The position numbers and the translations under genes are program-made. Positions 10,975 to 20,613 of a stretch of DNA of 64,000 nucleotides are shown here, in pieces. The stretch's first letter is position 1; each line of letters opens with the position of its first letter. This stretch comes from Candidatus Cloacimonadales bacterium (GTDB taxonomy: Bacteria; Cloacimonadota; Cloacimonadia; Cloacimonadales; JAIOQZ01), in the NCBI GenBank assembly GCA_963662655.2, contig CAXXTU010000002.1, positions 1,600,001 through 1,664,000 on the forward strand, in the 5' to 3' direction. The notes beneath the pieces are model-generated. The model made no database searches. It was not told the DNA's origin and worked only from the letters and a program-made list of their open reading frames with translations.

Positions 10975-11562
10975 TCAGATTTTGAATCCGGCAAATCCGC
11001 CGAACGCCAGCGCCATACAGCCGGCAACGATCAATGCGATCGGCATTCCCTTCATCGCCACAGGCACTTCCGCCTGCTCCAGGCGTTCGCGAATACCCGC
11101 CATCAGAACCAGCACGAGCGTGAAGCCCACACCCGAGAAGAATCCGTTCATGACGGAACCGATAAATGTATATTCTTCCGTGATATTCAGAATGGACACA
11201 CCCAGCACGGCACAGTTTGTCGTGATGAGCGGAAGGAACACGCCCAGCGATTTGTAAAGCGCCGGCGCGACTTTCTGAATCACCATTTCCACAAACTGAA
11301 CCAGCGCCGCGATCGTGAGGATAAATGCGATGGTCTGCAAATACCCGAGATTGTTCGGCACCAGCAGGTAATACTGAATCAGCCAGGTGATTGTCGATGC
11401 GAGCGTCATGACGAAGATCACCGCCATGCCCATTCCGATCGCCGAATCCAGCTTCTTCGACACGCCGATGTAGGGACAGAGTCCCAAAAAGCGTGCCAGC
11501 ACAAAGTTGCTGACGAAGATCGACATGATCGCCAATGTAAACATACTTCCAATAAATTGCAT
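10975..11562 (-). CDS. rnfA: Rnf complex subunit A
   Basis: [24 protein letters not shown]. Confidence 0.93.
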   Translation of the reverse strand: MQFIGSMFTLAIMSIFVSNFVLARFLGLCPYIGVSKKLDSAIGMGMAVIFVMTLASTITWLIQYYLLVPNNLGYLQTIAFILTIAALVQFVEMVIQKVAPALYKSLGVFLPLITTNCAVLGVSILNITEEYTFIGSVMNGFFSGVGFTLVLVLMAGIRERLEQAEVPVAMKGMPIALIVAGCMALAFGGFAGFKI

Positions 11563-11591
11563 GCGTTACTCCTTGTTTATCCGAAGTTCGC

Positions 11592-12188
11592 TCAATGCTT
11601 CTTCTTGAAGATTTCCATCAAGCCCATCAAAAGACCGAGCGTGAGGAATGCACCCGGAGCCAGAATCGCGGCAAGCATCGGCAGGCTGCGATAAGCTTCG
11701 GTAAGAACGTTCATACCGAGGAATTGGCCGGCGCCAAGGACTTCGCGGATTCCACCCAGCACCACAAGCGCCAGGGTGAATCCCAATCCCATGCCGATAC
11801 CGTCGAACATCGATTTGAGGACATTGTTCTTACTTGCGAACGCCTCCGCGCGACCGAGGATGATACAGTTCACCACAATCAGCGGAATGAACAGCCCCAA
11901 GCTCTTGTGCAGAGCCGGAACATACGCGTGCATCGCCATATCGACGATGGTCACGAAGGACGCGATCACCACGATGTAACAGGGGATACGAATCTTGCTC
12001 GGAATCAGATTCTTGATCAACGATATGATAATGTTCGAACAAACAAGCACGAACGTCGCCGCCAGCCCCATGCCAATCGCGTTGGCCACCGAGGTGGTAA
12101 CGGCGAGGGTCGGGCACATGCCAAGCGCCATCACGAATACGGGGTTTTCCTTGATGAAACCTTTTGTCATTTCTTTCATCGCGCTCAT
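11592..12188 (-). CDS. rnfE: Rnf complex subunit E
   Basis: ENPVFVMALGMCPTLAVT, IPLIVVNCIILGRAEAFA. Confidence 0.93.
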   Translation of the reverse strand: MSAMKEMTKGFIKENPVFVMALGMCPTLAVTTSVANAIGMGLAATFVLVCSNIIISLIKNLIPSKIRIPCYIVVIASFVTIVDMAMHAYVPALHKSLGLFIPLIVVNCIILGRAEAFASKNNVLKSMFDGIGMGLGFTLALVVLGGIREVLGAGQFLGMNVLTEAYRSLPMLAAILAPGAFLTLGLLMGLMEIFKKKH

Positions 12189-12796
12189 GATTGTGCTCCT
12201 TCGGTAGCGGTTTTCAGGTACTCGATACCCAGCTTGATGGAGTTTGTCACTGCGCGGGACGTGATGGTCGCACCGGTGATACTGGTCACCTTGCCGCCAT
12301 CTTTATCTACCGCGAGGGTCGCAGGGGTCTGCCCCGCGAACTGCGACATGAAGTTATCCGAGGTACAGTTTGCACCAAGACCTGGAGTCTCCGACTGATA
12401 GGTGATCTTGATCTTATTGACCTCGAAATCACCCGCCGGATTGAGCTTCACGCCCACCATGGTCTGCACGGTACTGCTGTAGCCCTTTCCAAAGGCTTTG
12501 AATACGTAACCGACGGCGTTGCCTTCGGCGTCCATCGCCTTGTAATAATAGAACATGCCGCCTGCTCCACCCGCGCTCAGCTTGAGCGGGTCTTCCTCCA
12601 CCGCAACTTCCACTGCGAGGGAGTCCAGCACGAACTGGCTGGCGTCCGGCAATACTTCCATGCGCGCGCTGCTCTCTTCGAGCTCCGCGTTTTTCTGTAT
12701 GATCGGCTCGGTCTTGCCGTTGACAAACGCCAGAATACCGCTGGCGATGCCGGAGATGACCAGGAGCACGAGTCCGAGTTTTATGTAGTACATCAT
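12185..12796 (-). CDS. rnfG: Rnf complex subunit G
   Basis: N-terminal TM, ETPGLG, ITGATITSRAV FMN-attachment motif; ATG overlaps rnfD stop. Confidence 0.9.
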   Translation of the reverse strand: MMYYIKLGLVLLVISGIASGILAFVNGKTEPIIQKNAELEESSARMEVLPDASQFVLDSLAVEVAVEEDPLKLSAGGAGGMFYYYKAMDAEGNAVGYVFKAFGKGYSSTVQTMVGVKLNPAGDFEVNKIKITYQSETPGLGANCTSDNFMSQFAGQTPATLAVDKDGGKVTSITGATITSRAVTNSIKLGIEYLKTATEGAQS

Positions 12797-13872
12797 TTTT
12801 TCACCTCCCCGAACGCTTTGGGAACGGTGTAGCGATCGATGAGCGGCACCGCGATGTTCATCAGCAGGATGGAGTAGGAAACACCTTCGGGGTAGCCGCC
12901 GACAAGGCGAATCACCACCGTCAGCACGCCGCAGCCGATACCGAAGATCAGTCGACCGCGCTTGGTTACCGGCGATGTCACCATGTCCGTGGCCATGAAG
13001 AACGCGCCCAGCATCAAACCACCGGAGAGGACGTGGAAAACGCCCAGGGTGTAAGGTCCGCTGGCGAATCCGTTCAGGCCGCCGAAAAGGTAGCTGAGAA
13101 CAAAGACTGTTCCGATATACGATACCGGAATGTGCCATTCGATGATATGTTTGTAAACCAGATAAGCCGCACCGATCAGAAGCGCTGCAGCAGATACTTC
13201 ACCGATCACACCGCCGATGTTGCCCCAGAATAGGTTGGAGATGGTCTCCCAGCGGGTGAGTTCGAACATCACCTTCTCGGCGATGTCGGGGCTGACCTGC
13301 GACGCGTCGCGAAGGGCCTTGATCGCTGTGAGCGGCGTCGCGCCCGTGATAGAATCGAGGTTGCCCAGGGAAGCCAGGTTTCGCAGGCTTTCCCTGCCCA
13401 ATCCACTGATGGACGGGCCGGCGATTCCGCGAATCGTGGGTGTGAATTGTGCAGTTGTAAGCGTTGGCCAGGATGCCACCAAAAATGCCCTTGCCAGAAG
13501 CGCGGGGTTGAAAGGATTGTGTCCCAGGCCACCGAATAATTGCTTGCCGATCGCGATCGCGAACACGGACCCGACTACCGGCAACCACCATGGGGAGGCA
13601 ACGTTCAGGTTGAACGAGACCAGCATGCCGGTCACCACGGCGCTACCGTCGGCAATGGATACTTCCTGCTTGCGCAGCTTCTGGATCGCGGCCTCCGTCA
13701 CCACCGCGGCGATCACGCCGTAAACGGTGAGAAGAAGCGCTTGGATCCCGAAGAAATACACACTGGCTATCAGTGCCGGTACCAGCGCGATGACAACTTT
13801 CCACATCACCGAACTGACCGAAATCCGATCGTGAAGATGAGGGGACGCCGATACTGCGTATGTGTTATTCAT
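12793..13872 (-). CDS. rnfD: Rnf complex subunit D
   Basis: KQLFGGLGHNPFNPAL, DSITGATPL FMN motif, FFMATDMVTSP. Confidence 0.93.
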   Translation of the reverse strand: MNNTYAVSASPHLHDRISVSSVMWKVVIALVPALIASVYFFGIQALLLTVYGVIAAVVTEAAIQKLRKQEVSIADGSAVVTGMLVSFNLNVASPWWLPVVGSVFAIAIGKQLFGGLGHNPFNPALLARAFLVASWPTLTTAQFTPTIRGIAGPSISGLGRESLRNLASLGNLDSITGATPLTAIKALRDASQVSPDIAEKVMFELTRWETISNLFWGNIGGVIGEVSAAALLIGAAYLVYKHIIEWHIPVSYIGTVFVLSYLFGGLNGFASGPYTLGVFHVLSGGLMLGAFFMATDMVTSPVTKRGRLIFGIGCGVLTVVIRLVGGYPEGVSYSILLMNIAVPLIDRYTVPKAFGEVKK

Positions 13873-13888
13873 AGTTCCTCCAGCGTCT

Positions 13889-15214
13889 CTACTTTTTCGC
13901 TTTTCTAAGTTCAAAGATTTTCGCCTTGCCGATGTCGATCCACTGGATCAACTTGATGTGCGAGGGACATACGAACGCGCAACTGCCGCATTTCATACAG
14001 TCCATCACGCCGGCTTTCTCGGCGGTTTCCCAGTCAGAATATTTTACACTTCGTGCAATCATGCTCGGGATCAGGTTCAGGGGACAGATATCCACGCAGC
14101 GTCCGCAACGCAGACAGGTGTGCTCCGCATCCTTCTTCGCTTCTTTTTGATCGAACAGAAGCAAACCTGAGCTGCCCTTGCCCATGGGAGATTCCAGCGT
14201 TGGAATCGAGATTCCCATCATCGGGCCGCCCGAGATGATCTTTCCTATATCTTCCTTGACCCCACCGGCGAAATCGAGGAGCTCCTGGAACTGCGTTCCG
14301 ATGCGAGCCTTGATGTTCTTGGGATTCTGGACGATACGCCCGGAAACGGTGATAATTCTCTCGATCAGCGGTCTTTTATAGCGAACCGCTTCGTAGGCCG
14401 CAATGGCGGTTCCCACATTCTGAACCACCACGCCTACTGCCATCGGCAAGCCACCCTTGTTCGGCACTTTCCGCTTCGTGGCCGCGTAGATCAGTTGCTT
14501 TTCCGCGCCTTGCGGGTACTTGATTTTGAGGCCCTCCACCTTGATGTTGGATTCACCCTTCACCGCGTCTCGCATGATCTTGATCGCGTCGGGTTTGTTG
14601 GCCTCGATCCCGATGATACCCTGCTTCGCGTTCACAACCTTCATGAACAGCTTCAGTCCGGCAACGATGTCCGAGGGGCGTTCGAGCATCAGGCGGTAGT
14701 CGGCTGTCAGATAAGGTTCGCATTCCACACCGTTGATCAGAACGGTGTCGATCGGGTTGTCCTTCGGGGGGGATAGTTTGACGTGCGTCGGGAAGCCAGC
14801 GCCACCCATACCGCAGATACCTGCGTCGGCGATGCGCTGCTTGATTTCTTCCGGGGGAAGTGACGCGTAGTTCTGATCGTCGATCAGGTCGATCCACTTC
14901 TCTTCATCGCTACCGGTTATCTCGATGGCCATTTGCATCGTGCCGGTGGGATGCGGGAATTTTGCGATTTTCGTTACCTTGCCAGTGATACTGGCGTGCA
15001 TGGGAATCGATACGAATCCGCCCGGCTCTGCGATCTTCTGGCCAGTGACAACCTCGTCACCAACATTCACGATCGGCTTTGCCGGCGCTCCGATATGCTG
15101 GGAAAGCGGAATAACCACCTTCTTCGGGATCGGAAGCTCCTCGATGGATGCGCCTTTCGAATATTCCTTGCTGTCGTGCGGATGGACTCCGCCCGGAAAC
15201 GTTTTCAGTCCCAT
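13889..15214 (-). CDS. rnfC: Rnf complex subunit C
   Basis: GMGGAGFPTHVKL, NGVECEPYLTAD, YPQGAEKQL, two 4Fe-4S motifs. Confidence 0.95.
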   Translation of the reverse strand: MGLKTFPGGVHPHDSKEYSKGASIEELPIPKKVVIPLSQHIGAPAKPIVNVGDEVVTGQKIAEPGGFVSIPMHASITGKVTKIAKFPHPTGTMQMAIEITGSDEEKWIDLIDDQNYASLPPEEIKQRIADAGICGMGGAGFPTHVKLSPPKDNPIDTVLINGVECEPYLTADYRLMLERPSDIVAGLKLFMKVVNAKQGIIGIEANKPDAIKIMRDAVKGESNIKVEGLKIKYPQGAEKQLIYAATKRKVPNKGGLPMAVGVVVQNVGTAIAAYEAVRYKRPLIERIITVSGRIVQNPKNIKARIGTQFQELLDFAGGVKEDIGKIISGGPMMGISIPTLESPMGKGSSGLLLFDQKEAKKDAEHTCLRCGRCVDICPLNLIPSMIARSVKYSDWETAEKAGVMDCMKCGSCAFVCPSHIKLIQWIDIGKAKIFELRKAKK

Positions 15215-15454
15215 ATTTACTCCTGCAGAACGTTTTCCTGAAAGCAGAAACCCGGGTCATGCCCGGTAATACGTTGTATTATAATGTGTTATGCCTGATT
15301 GTGAGATGTGACACATCTCGCGGCACTATAAAGTGTCAGTTATAAGACCCACTTTGATTTGTCAAAGGATTCTTGTTTTTTCAGAGTTTTCTTTGGGATT
15401 GTGCTGTGTCCCGTCCTGAAATAGGTTGACCGTTGGGTCGAAGGAGGCTCAGGT

Positions 15455-15862
15455 ATGGGAGAAAATGTGAAACGACGGGCGAAGCGTTGCGAGGTGAAGG
15501 CGCGTGTTCTGCATCACGTGCTGACGAGCGACTACTGCGTGGCGGAGCTCGCGGAGCAGTACGACATATCCGTTCGCACGCTGTATCGCTGGATCAAAGA
15601 GGACGCCGTGAAGCCGGCGCGACGCAAGGGAGCTCAAAAGCGAGGTCGCATGGCGAAAGAAGATTACAAGGACAAGACAATCGCGGAGCTGGAGAAGAAG
15701 GTGCAGGATTTGCAGGCTGCGTTGAGCGAGAAAGTGCTGGAGAACTGCGCGTTGCAGGCGATCGTGAACGTGACCGAGCGCAAGTACGGCATCAGCGCAA
15801 AAAAAAAGACTGGTTCGCTGTTATCACCGAATGTCGAGCTGTCGCGAAAGAAAGAGAAGTAG
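15455..15862 (+). CDS. IS3 OrfA (HTH plus coiled coil)
   Basis: VAELAEQYDISVRTLYRW helix-turn-helix followed by a leucine-zipper-like segment. Confidence 0.85.
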   Translation: MGENVKRRAKRCEVKARVLHHVLTSDYCVAELAEQYDISVRTLYRWIKEDAVKPARRKGAQKRGRMAKEDYKDKTIAELEKKVQDLQAALSEKVLENCALQAIVNVTERKYGISAKKKTGSLLSPNVELSRKKEK

Positions 15863-16680
15863 CCGCGAACATGCAGGTGATTTGCGGCTTGTTCGGTCGC
15901 AGCAAGCAGAGCTACTACCAGCACAGGAAGCGGCTCCATCGGCTCCAGGCGGAGGTGGAGGAGATCGTATCCGCCGTGCGCGAGATTCGCGTGAAACAGC
16001 CACGCGTCGGGGCGCGGAAGCTGCAATACATGCTGAAGGCGCACGGGCTCGAGGTTGGTCGCGACCGGCTGTTCGGCATCCTGCGCGACTACGGGCTGCT
16101 GTCGACGGCGTACCGCTCATACCTCCGCACGAGCCTGGGCAGCCGCAGTCGACACCCGAACCTGGTGAAGGACATCATCGCTCGCCGCGTCGGCCAGATC
16201 ATCGCGAGCGACATCACCTACATCCGGTTGCAACGCGGATTCGCCTACCTTTCGCTGACCTCGGATCAGTACTCGGACGCGATCCTGGGATATTCGCTGC
16301 AGCCCGACCTGCGCACGCATGGTCCAGCGCTCTCTCTGAAACGGGCGATGAGGTCGTTGCGCAATGCCGGAGCCGTGGATATCAAAGGCTGCATCCACCA
16401 CTTCGATCATGGTACGCAATTCACCAGCGCCTGCTTCCAGAACGCGCTGCGACGCTACTGCTATCGCACCAGCATGACCGGTCCGGGCAAGTGCTACGAC
16501 AACGCCAAGGCGGAGCGCATCAACGGGATTCTGAAGCACGAGTTGGGGCTGGAACGGAGATTCAGGGACTTCGACGACGCGCTGAAGTACGTAGAGGAAG
16601 CAGTTCGGATCTACAACGAAGAACGGCTCATCATCACGCAGGGCTACCGCACACCGAACGAGATATTGAACGCAGCGTAG
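15799..16680 (+). CDS. IS3 OrfB DDE integrase core, probably made as OrfAB via -1 frameshift
   Basis: SDITY, HHFDHGTQF, DNAKAERINGILKHE; A9G slippery run at 15799-15808. Confidence 0.88.
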   Translation, partial: KKKDWFAVITECRAVAKEREVAANMQVICGLFGRSKQSYYQHRKRLHRLQAEVEEIVSAVREIRVKQPRVGARKLQYMLKAHGLEVGRDRLFGILRDYGLLSTAYRSYLRTSLGSRSRHPNLVKDIIARRVGQIIASDITYIRLQRGFAYLSLTSDQYSDAILGYSLQPDLRTHGPALSLKRAMRSLRNAGAVDIKGCIHHFDHGTQFTSACFQNALRRYCYRTSMTGPGKCYDNAKAERINGILKHELGLERRFRDFDDALKYVEEAVRIYNEERLIITQGYRTPNEILNAA

Positions 16681-16739
16681 GAAGCAATCGAAATGAAATC
16701 AAACACGAAAAAGCTGGTCAACTATTTTAGGACGGGACA

Positions 16740-17938
16740 TCCTGGAACGTCCTGAAAAACCGCTCGACCACCTTGGCGCGCGCGTTGTAAGCCTTGGCAA
16801 ACGCCACGCCGATGCCGAGTCGCGGGAAGATACCCTCCAACTCCTTGCTGAGGTCGTGCTTCTCCCAATGCTTGTTGAACAGTTTGCTCCGGAACGCTTT
16901 GCCATTATCGAGATACACGTACTTCGGCTTGCCGCCCCAGTGCATGATCGAGTTGCGTAACGCGAGCAACACATGCTGAGAATCTTCCGAGACCGCCAAC
17001 GATGCTCCCACCGGGTAACGGGAAGCCCAGTCGAAGAACATGATCATCGTCATGCGCCTGGGCTTTCCGGTAGCCGGATCGATGATGTCGAAAGCAAGTT
17101 TATGCCCGTCGGCAACCCAGACGTCGCCGACCTCGAGTTCGTCACTGCGAAGGATGCTGAGGATGCCGGTCTCCTTCAGCGACTTCTTGCCGTTACGAAG
17201 TAAGTTCCACTCAGGCTTGTGGCTGTCGCGCCACTCCTCACACCAGCGGCGTAGCGTCCTTTCGCTCGATGGTGACTCCAGCTTCTGCAAGGTTTCCATC
17301 TGCTTCAGCTTGCGGATGGCCGACCCGATGGATATGCGATTGGGGTTGAGCAGCAGGTGCAGCAGGAAGTTCTGTTCGGTCTCTGTCGCCTTACGTGTGG
17401 CTTCCGCGACCGTGTACTTGCGGATGAGCGACCTGGCGTCTCGTCCCGCTTTGACGTAGTTCCGCACCCAACGACGCAATGTCCGCTCGCCGCGATGTCC
17501 CTCGACCACGTACAGCTCCGGCATGAAGCGTCTGTCGTTGTAAGCTTCGACGATTGTCTTCCACGCATCCGTCTTGGAGTCAGCCCGACTCAGGACTTCA
17601 AGAATGGCGTCGCAGAGCTGCGCACGCAGATGCGCCTGCTCCTGAAAATGCATGGGTTCGGTGTGCCTGGGGCGCAGGTCGGGTATCGTCTCGTCCCGTA
17701 GAGCTGGTACCGAAATCGAGACTGACTCTTCTTGTTCGTCCTCTTCTGAATCGTGTGCTGTTTCTGGCTCTGTCGGCGTCTCAGTCCTCTCATCTGGGAC
17801 AGCATACAGCTTGCGACGCCCTCCCTGCGGCAAGGTCTCGTAGCGTGACTCCCATCCCTTCTCCCGCGCTATCTTGACTGCTGTCGGACGTGATACGTTC
17901 AACATGTCCTGCAATTCCGAGCATGTCATCCAATTCAT
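16740..17938 (-). pseudogene. Mu-like DDE transposase (MuA-type), truncated at C-terminus by the IS
   Basis: N-terminal HTH, WVADGH..FFDWASRYPVG, LDNGKAF, AKVVERFF; frame runs straight into the IS right IR. Confidence 0.82.
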
Positions 17939-18171
17939 CCGATCCTCCTTCTCGCGTCTCTCGCATTTATGCTAAATGCTTCTCCTGTAATCTGACTCAA
18001 TTCCGGTTCGAGAAGTTCGAGGAATGCGTCAGCTTTTCGCATATTCTTCTCGCCCCTCATATAATATTCAAGCATCCGCATCGAAATTCCTATGGTTTCA
18101 GAAATCTCGGAAATGCTGATTCCTTTATGCTTTATGGCAGCCTTGAATTCGTTTTGCGTGTACTTTTTCAA
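17935..18171 (-). CDS. Cro/Ner-like small HTH regulator
   Basis: GISISEISETIGISMRMLEYY HTH; divergent from the repressor and coupled to the transposase start. Confidence 0.72.
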   Translation of the reverse strand: MKKYTQNEFKAAIKHKGISISEISETIGISMRMLEYYMRGEKNMRKADAFLELLEPELSQITGEAFSINARDARRRIG

Positions 18172-18314
18172 TCCCTTCTCCCTTCCGCTGAAAATTTTCC
18201 ATTGACACCGGTTCGTGTTTGTGCAATTTCGAGTTCATGCATCAATAAAGAAGAATTGCGTGCGAAATGTCAACAGATTTCTCGCATAAACTGTAAGTCA
18301 TTGCAGGAGAAAGC

Positions 18315-19058
18315 ATGGAAGTAAAAGACAGATTGGCGGCTGTAGTTAAGTCGTTAGAAATGAAAAAGATGGATTTTGCGTCGTCTATCGGCGTGTCAAC
18401 CGGAAACCTCTCGGACTGGCTCTCTGACAAGAAAAAGAGCAAACCGTCCATCGATGCGCTGGTTCGTATTTGCGAAATGCATGCCGTGAACATGAACTGG
18501 CTGCTCACAGGACAGGGCTCGATGTTCATCGAACCCTTCCCCGAAGCGTTACTCGAGACCGAGGACGGCAAGAAGAAGCGGCTCGAAATGCTCAAGCACA
18601 CGGTCAAGACCATCGATGGCAGGCCGTATAACCCGTCCGACAACTACTTCAGCCGGACGGTGAGTCTGCCGGTGGAAGCGGAGATTGCTGCGGGGCCTCC
18701 CGTCAAAGCGAAGAAAGACAGCCTCGCGTATATCGAAATCCCGCGCGTGTTCCTTTCGAGCGATACGGTGAACTACTGCGTGTTTCGAGTGAACGGTCAC
18801 AGTATGGAGCCGAACATCCATCATGGCGACATCGTGGTCATTCATTACAACTACGACTGGATGAGTCTCGATGGTAAGGTCTGCGCTGTTCGAACCGATG
18901 ATGGCATCACGCTGAAGAAGGTCCAGCTCGTACCGAAGAACAAACAGGTACTCCTCCTCCCATTCAACAAAGACTACAATGTCATCGTGCTCGACGAGGA
19001 TTCACCAATGGACGTTCACCTCGTGGGTGTGGTGGTGATTCAGTTCAGGCTATATTAG
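18315..19058 (+). CDS. CI-like phage repressor (XRE HTH plus S24 peptidase)
   Basis: FASSIGVSTGNLSDW HTH, AG cleavage site (IAAG), VNGHSMEP and TLKK catalytic motifs. Confidence 0.9.
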   Translation: MEVKDRLAAVVKSLEMKKMDFASSIGVSTGNLSDWLSDKKKSKPSIDALVRICEMHAVNMNWLLTGQGSMFIEPFPEALLETEDGKKKRLEMLKHTVKTIDGRPYNPSDNYFSRTVSLPVEAEIAAGPPVKAKKDSLAYIEIPRVFLSSDTVNYCVFRVNGHSMEPNIHHGDIVVIHYNYDWMSLDGKVCAVRTDDGITLKKVQLVPKNKQVLLLPFNKDYNVIVLDEDSPMDVHLVGVVVIQFRLY

Positions 19059-19065
19059 AAGAATT

Positions 19066-19122
19066 GGCGAGCATCGGTTCGATCGGGTTCGTTTCACCCG
19101 GTCGTTTGACGCTCGCCTTTTT
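19066..19122 (+). terminator. Hairpin/terminator after repressor gene
   Basis: GGCGAGC...GCTCGCC closing stem with inner CGATCGGGT/ACCCGGTCG, then TTTTT. Confidence 0.6.
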
Positions 19123-19130
19123 CATTGCGT

Positions 19131-19406
19131 TTTACAAACGTTTTACAGTCGCTCTTTTACAAACGCCCTTTACACACGTTTACAGACGCCCCTTTTACAG
19201 TCGCTTTACAGACGATATCCCATGAGCTTACGCGAATCTCCACGGAAATAACGGCTTAACACGGCTGCGAGAGTGGAACCCATGTGCCAAACCGGTGGCA
19301 TCGAACGGGACGAAACGAACCGTTTCTGCCATTTCTTTACAAACGCTTGCAGACGTCTATCTCGCAAGTCCGTCGATGCTTGGGTGGAAAACCGAGCGTC
19401 TGTAAA
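19131..19406. repeat. Cluster of TTTACAVWCG decamers
   Basis: Direct copies at 19131, 19142, 19156, 19169, 19179, 19194, 19205, 19336; inverted copy at 19397-19406. Confidence 0.85.
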
Positions 19407-19492
19407 CTTCTGCCAAGGGGGTGTCATTTAATATGTGCAAATCCCACTCTTTTCCTAAAATAGTTCAGCAAAGAGATTCAGGTAGATGCCCC

Positions 19493-19555
19493 CAAAACCT
19501 CACGGGAGGATATTCGTTCATTTTCACGGGAGATATTAGTGTTTAACACCCTATT
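19493..19555 (+). repeat. Decayed left arm of family-1 element (direct repeat of 20334-20396)
   Basis: First 16 nt CAAAACCTCACGGGAG identical; 50/63 ungapped identity by manual alignment. Confidence 0.78.
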
Positions 19556-20243
19556 CGTCAAACTTACTGAGCTCTCGCTCCAGGCAATCGGGGCAAATGG
19601 AATGTGTAGGTTTTGCGCCGGAGATATCCTTGACGTATTTCTCGACAGATACCCATTCACCACTGTCCTCCCGCACTTTTTTACAATAGCTGCAAATCGG
19701 GTAAATTCTCGAAAGCTCATCCAGCAAATGATCACACTTCTTCACTTCTGCTTTTGCCATCACAACGCGAAGAGACAGCTCGATCATCCGCTTGACCTGC
19801 TTGATAATAACCAGATGCAGATCGTTGTGCTTATTGCTTTTGTTGTCCAGAAAGCAAACGGTACCGAAATTTTCCCCATCCGGACGATGAATCGGCATAC
19901 CCGCATAGCTAATGATTCCGAACTGGACCGCGGCGTCATTATTTCTCCAGGCTTTTTCTTTCAGCGCATTGGGTATCAGGTTGACGCCCCTGCTTTTCAA
20001 TGTATATTCACAATACCAGCCAGATTCGGGATATTGCGAAATGAAGTCAGCCGGATATGGATTGCCTTCTGTGTGGCTTGATAAAAGAATCTCGATTTCA
20101 TTCCCATCGACGCGCGTTATCAGTCCAGCTGGAACGCCAAGAAATTCTGCGGTTTCATCTAACAAAACCTGCCATTCATCAAGGATGTCCTGCGATAGTA
20201 GGTCTCGTGTTACTGGATTCTTCGGAAGCTTATTAGCGCTCAT
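19551..20243 (-). CDS. GAF-domain protein with C-terminal Cys-rich motif
   Basis: SYAGMPIHRPDGENFGTVCFLD GAF motif; PICSYCKKVR...THSICPDC tail. Confidence 0.82.
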   Translation of the reverse strand: MSANKLPKNPVTRDLLSQDILDEWQVLLDETAEFLGVPAGLITRVDGNEIEILLSSHTEGNPYPADFISQYPESGWYCEYTLKSRGVNLIPNALKEKAWRNNDAAVQFGIISYAGMPIHRPDGENFGTVCFLDNKSNKHNDLHLVIIKQVKRMIELSLRVVMAKAEVKKCDHLLDELSRIYPICSYCKKVREDSGEWVSVEKYVKDISGAKPTHSICPDCLERELSKFDE

Positions 20244-20340
20244 ACAGTTCCCTTGTGTTTCTATCAATATAAGCAATTTCATGGGGTTTGAAAAGCATTT
20301 ATGCAAACTGTTTTAAAATTTAAGGCAACTCATCAAAACC

Positions 20341-20559
20341 TCACGGGAGCAGATTCGTTTGATTTCCCGCGAAATTGTGGTGTTTCACACCCAATTTTCG
20401 GCTTTGGCGTAGTCGATTTTAGGTTTCGCGTAGCGATAACCTGGAATCCCAAAGACGAAATCATGAACGATGTGATTTCGTTCCTCGAAATCATGTTAGT
20501 GGATAATCGGGTGTGGTATATCCACATTTTGCGGGAAATCGGGCGAAGATGCCCCGTGA
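20341..20559 (+). repeat. Family-1 structured hairpin element, copy B (long loop)
   Basis: TCACGGG-A-GC-AGA-TTCGTTTGAT-TTCCCGCGAAATT-GTGG-TGTTT-CACACCC...GGGTGTG-GTATAT-CCAC-ATTTTGCGGGAA-ATCGGGCGAA-GAT-GC-CCCGTGA. Confidence 0.9.
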
Positions 20560-20613
20560 TGCAATCGGGAATCAGATCATCCCTGTCAGCATAAGCAAGC
20601 CGCTAACCACCCA

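Larger units (their letters stand above)
15407..16739 (+). mobile_element. IS3-family insertion sequence, 1333 bp
   Basis: Terminal inverted repeats TGTCCCGTCCTGAAATAGGTTGACC / GGTCAACTATTTTAGGACGGGACA (TG...CA); orfA and orfB in -1 relation; no target duplication. Confidence 0.92.

Noticed and set aside
19131..19214. Possible CRISPR array
   Set aside because: Repeats are only 10 nt with 0-5 nt gaps; there are no spacers or cas genes.
19453..19465. 13-nt match (TCCTAAAATAGTT) to the IS3 right inverted repeat
   Set aside because: It lacks the terminal TGTCCC. A single short AT-rich match is too weak to call an IS end.
20519..20526. DnaA-box-like TATCCACA within family-1 copies
   Set aside because: Not conserved in copies A, C or D, and explained by the GTGG/CCAC pairing.
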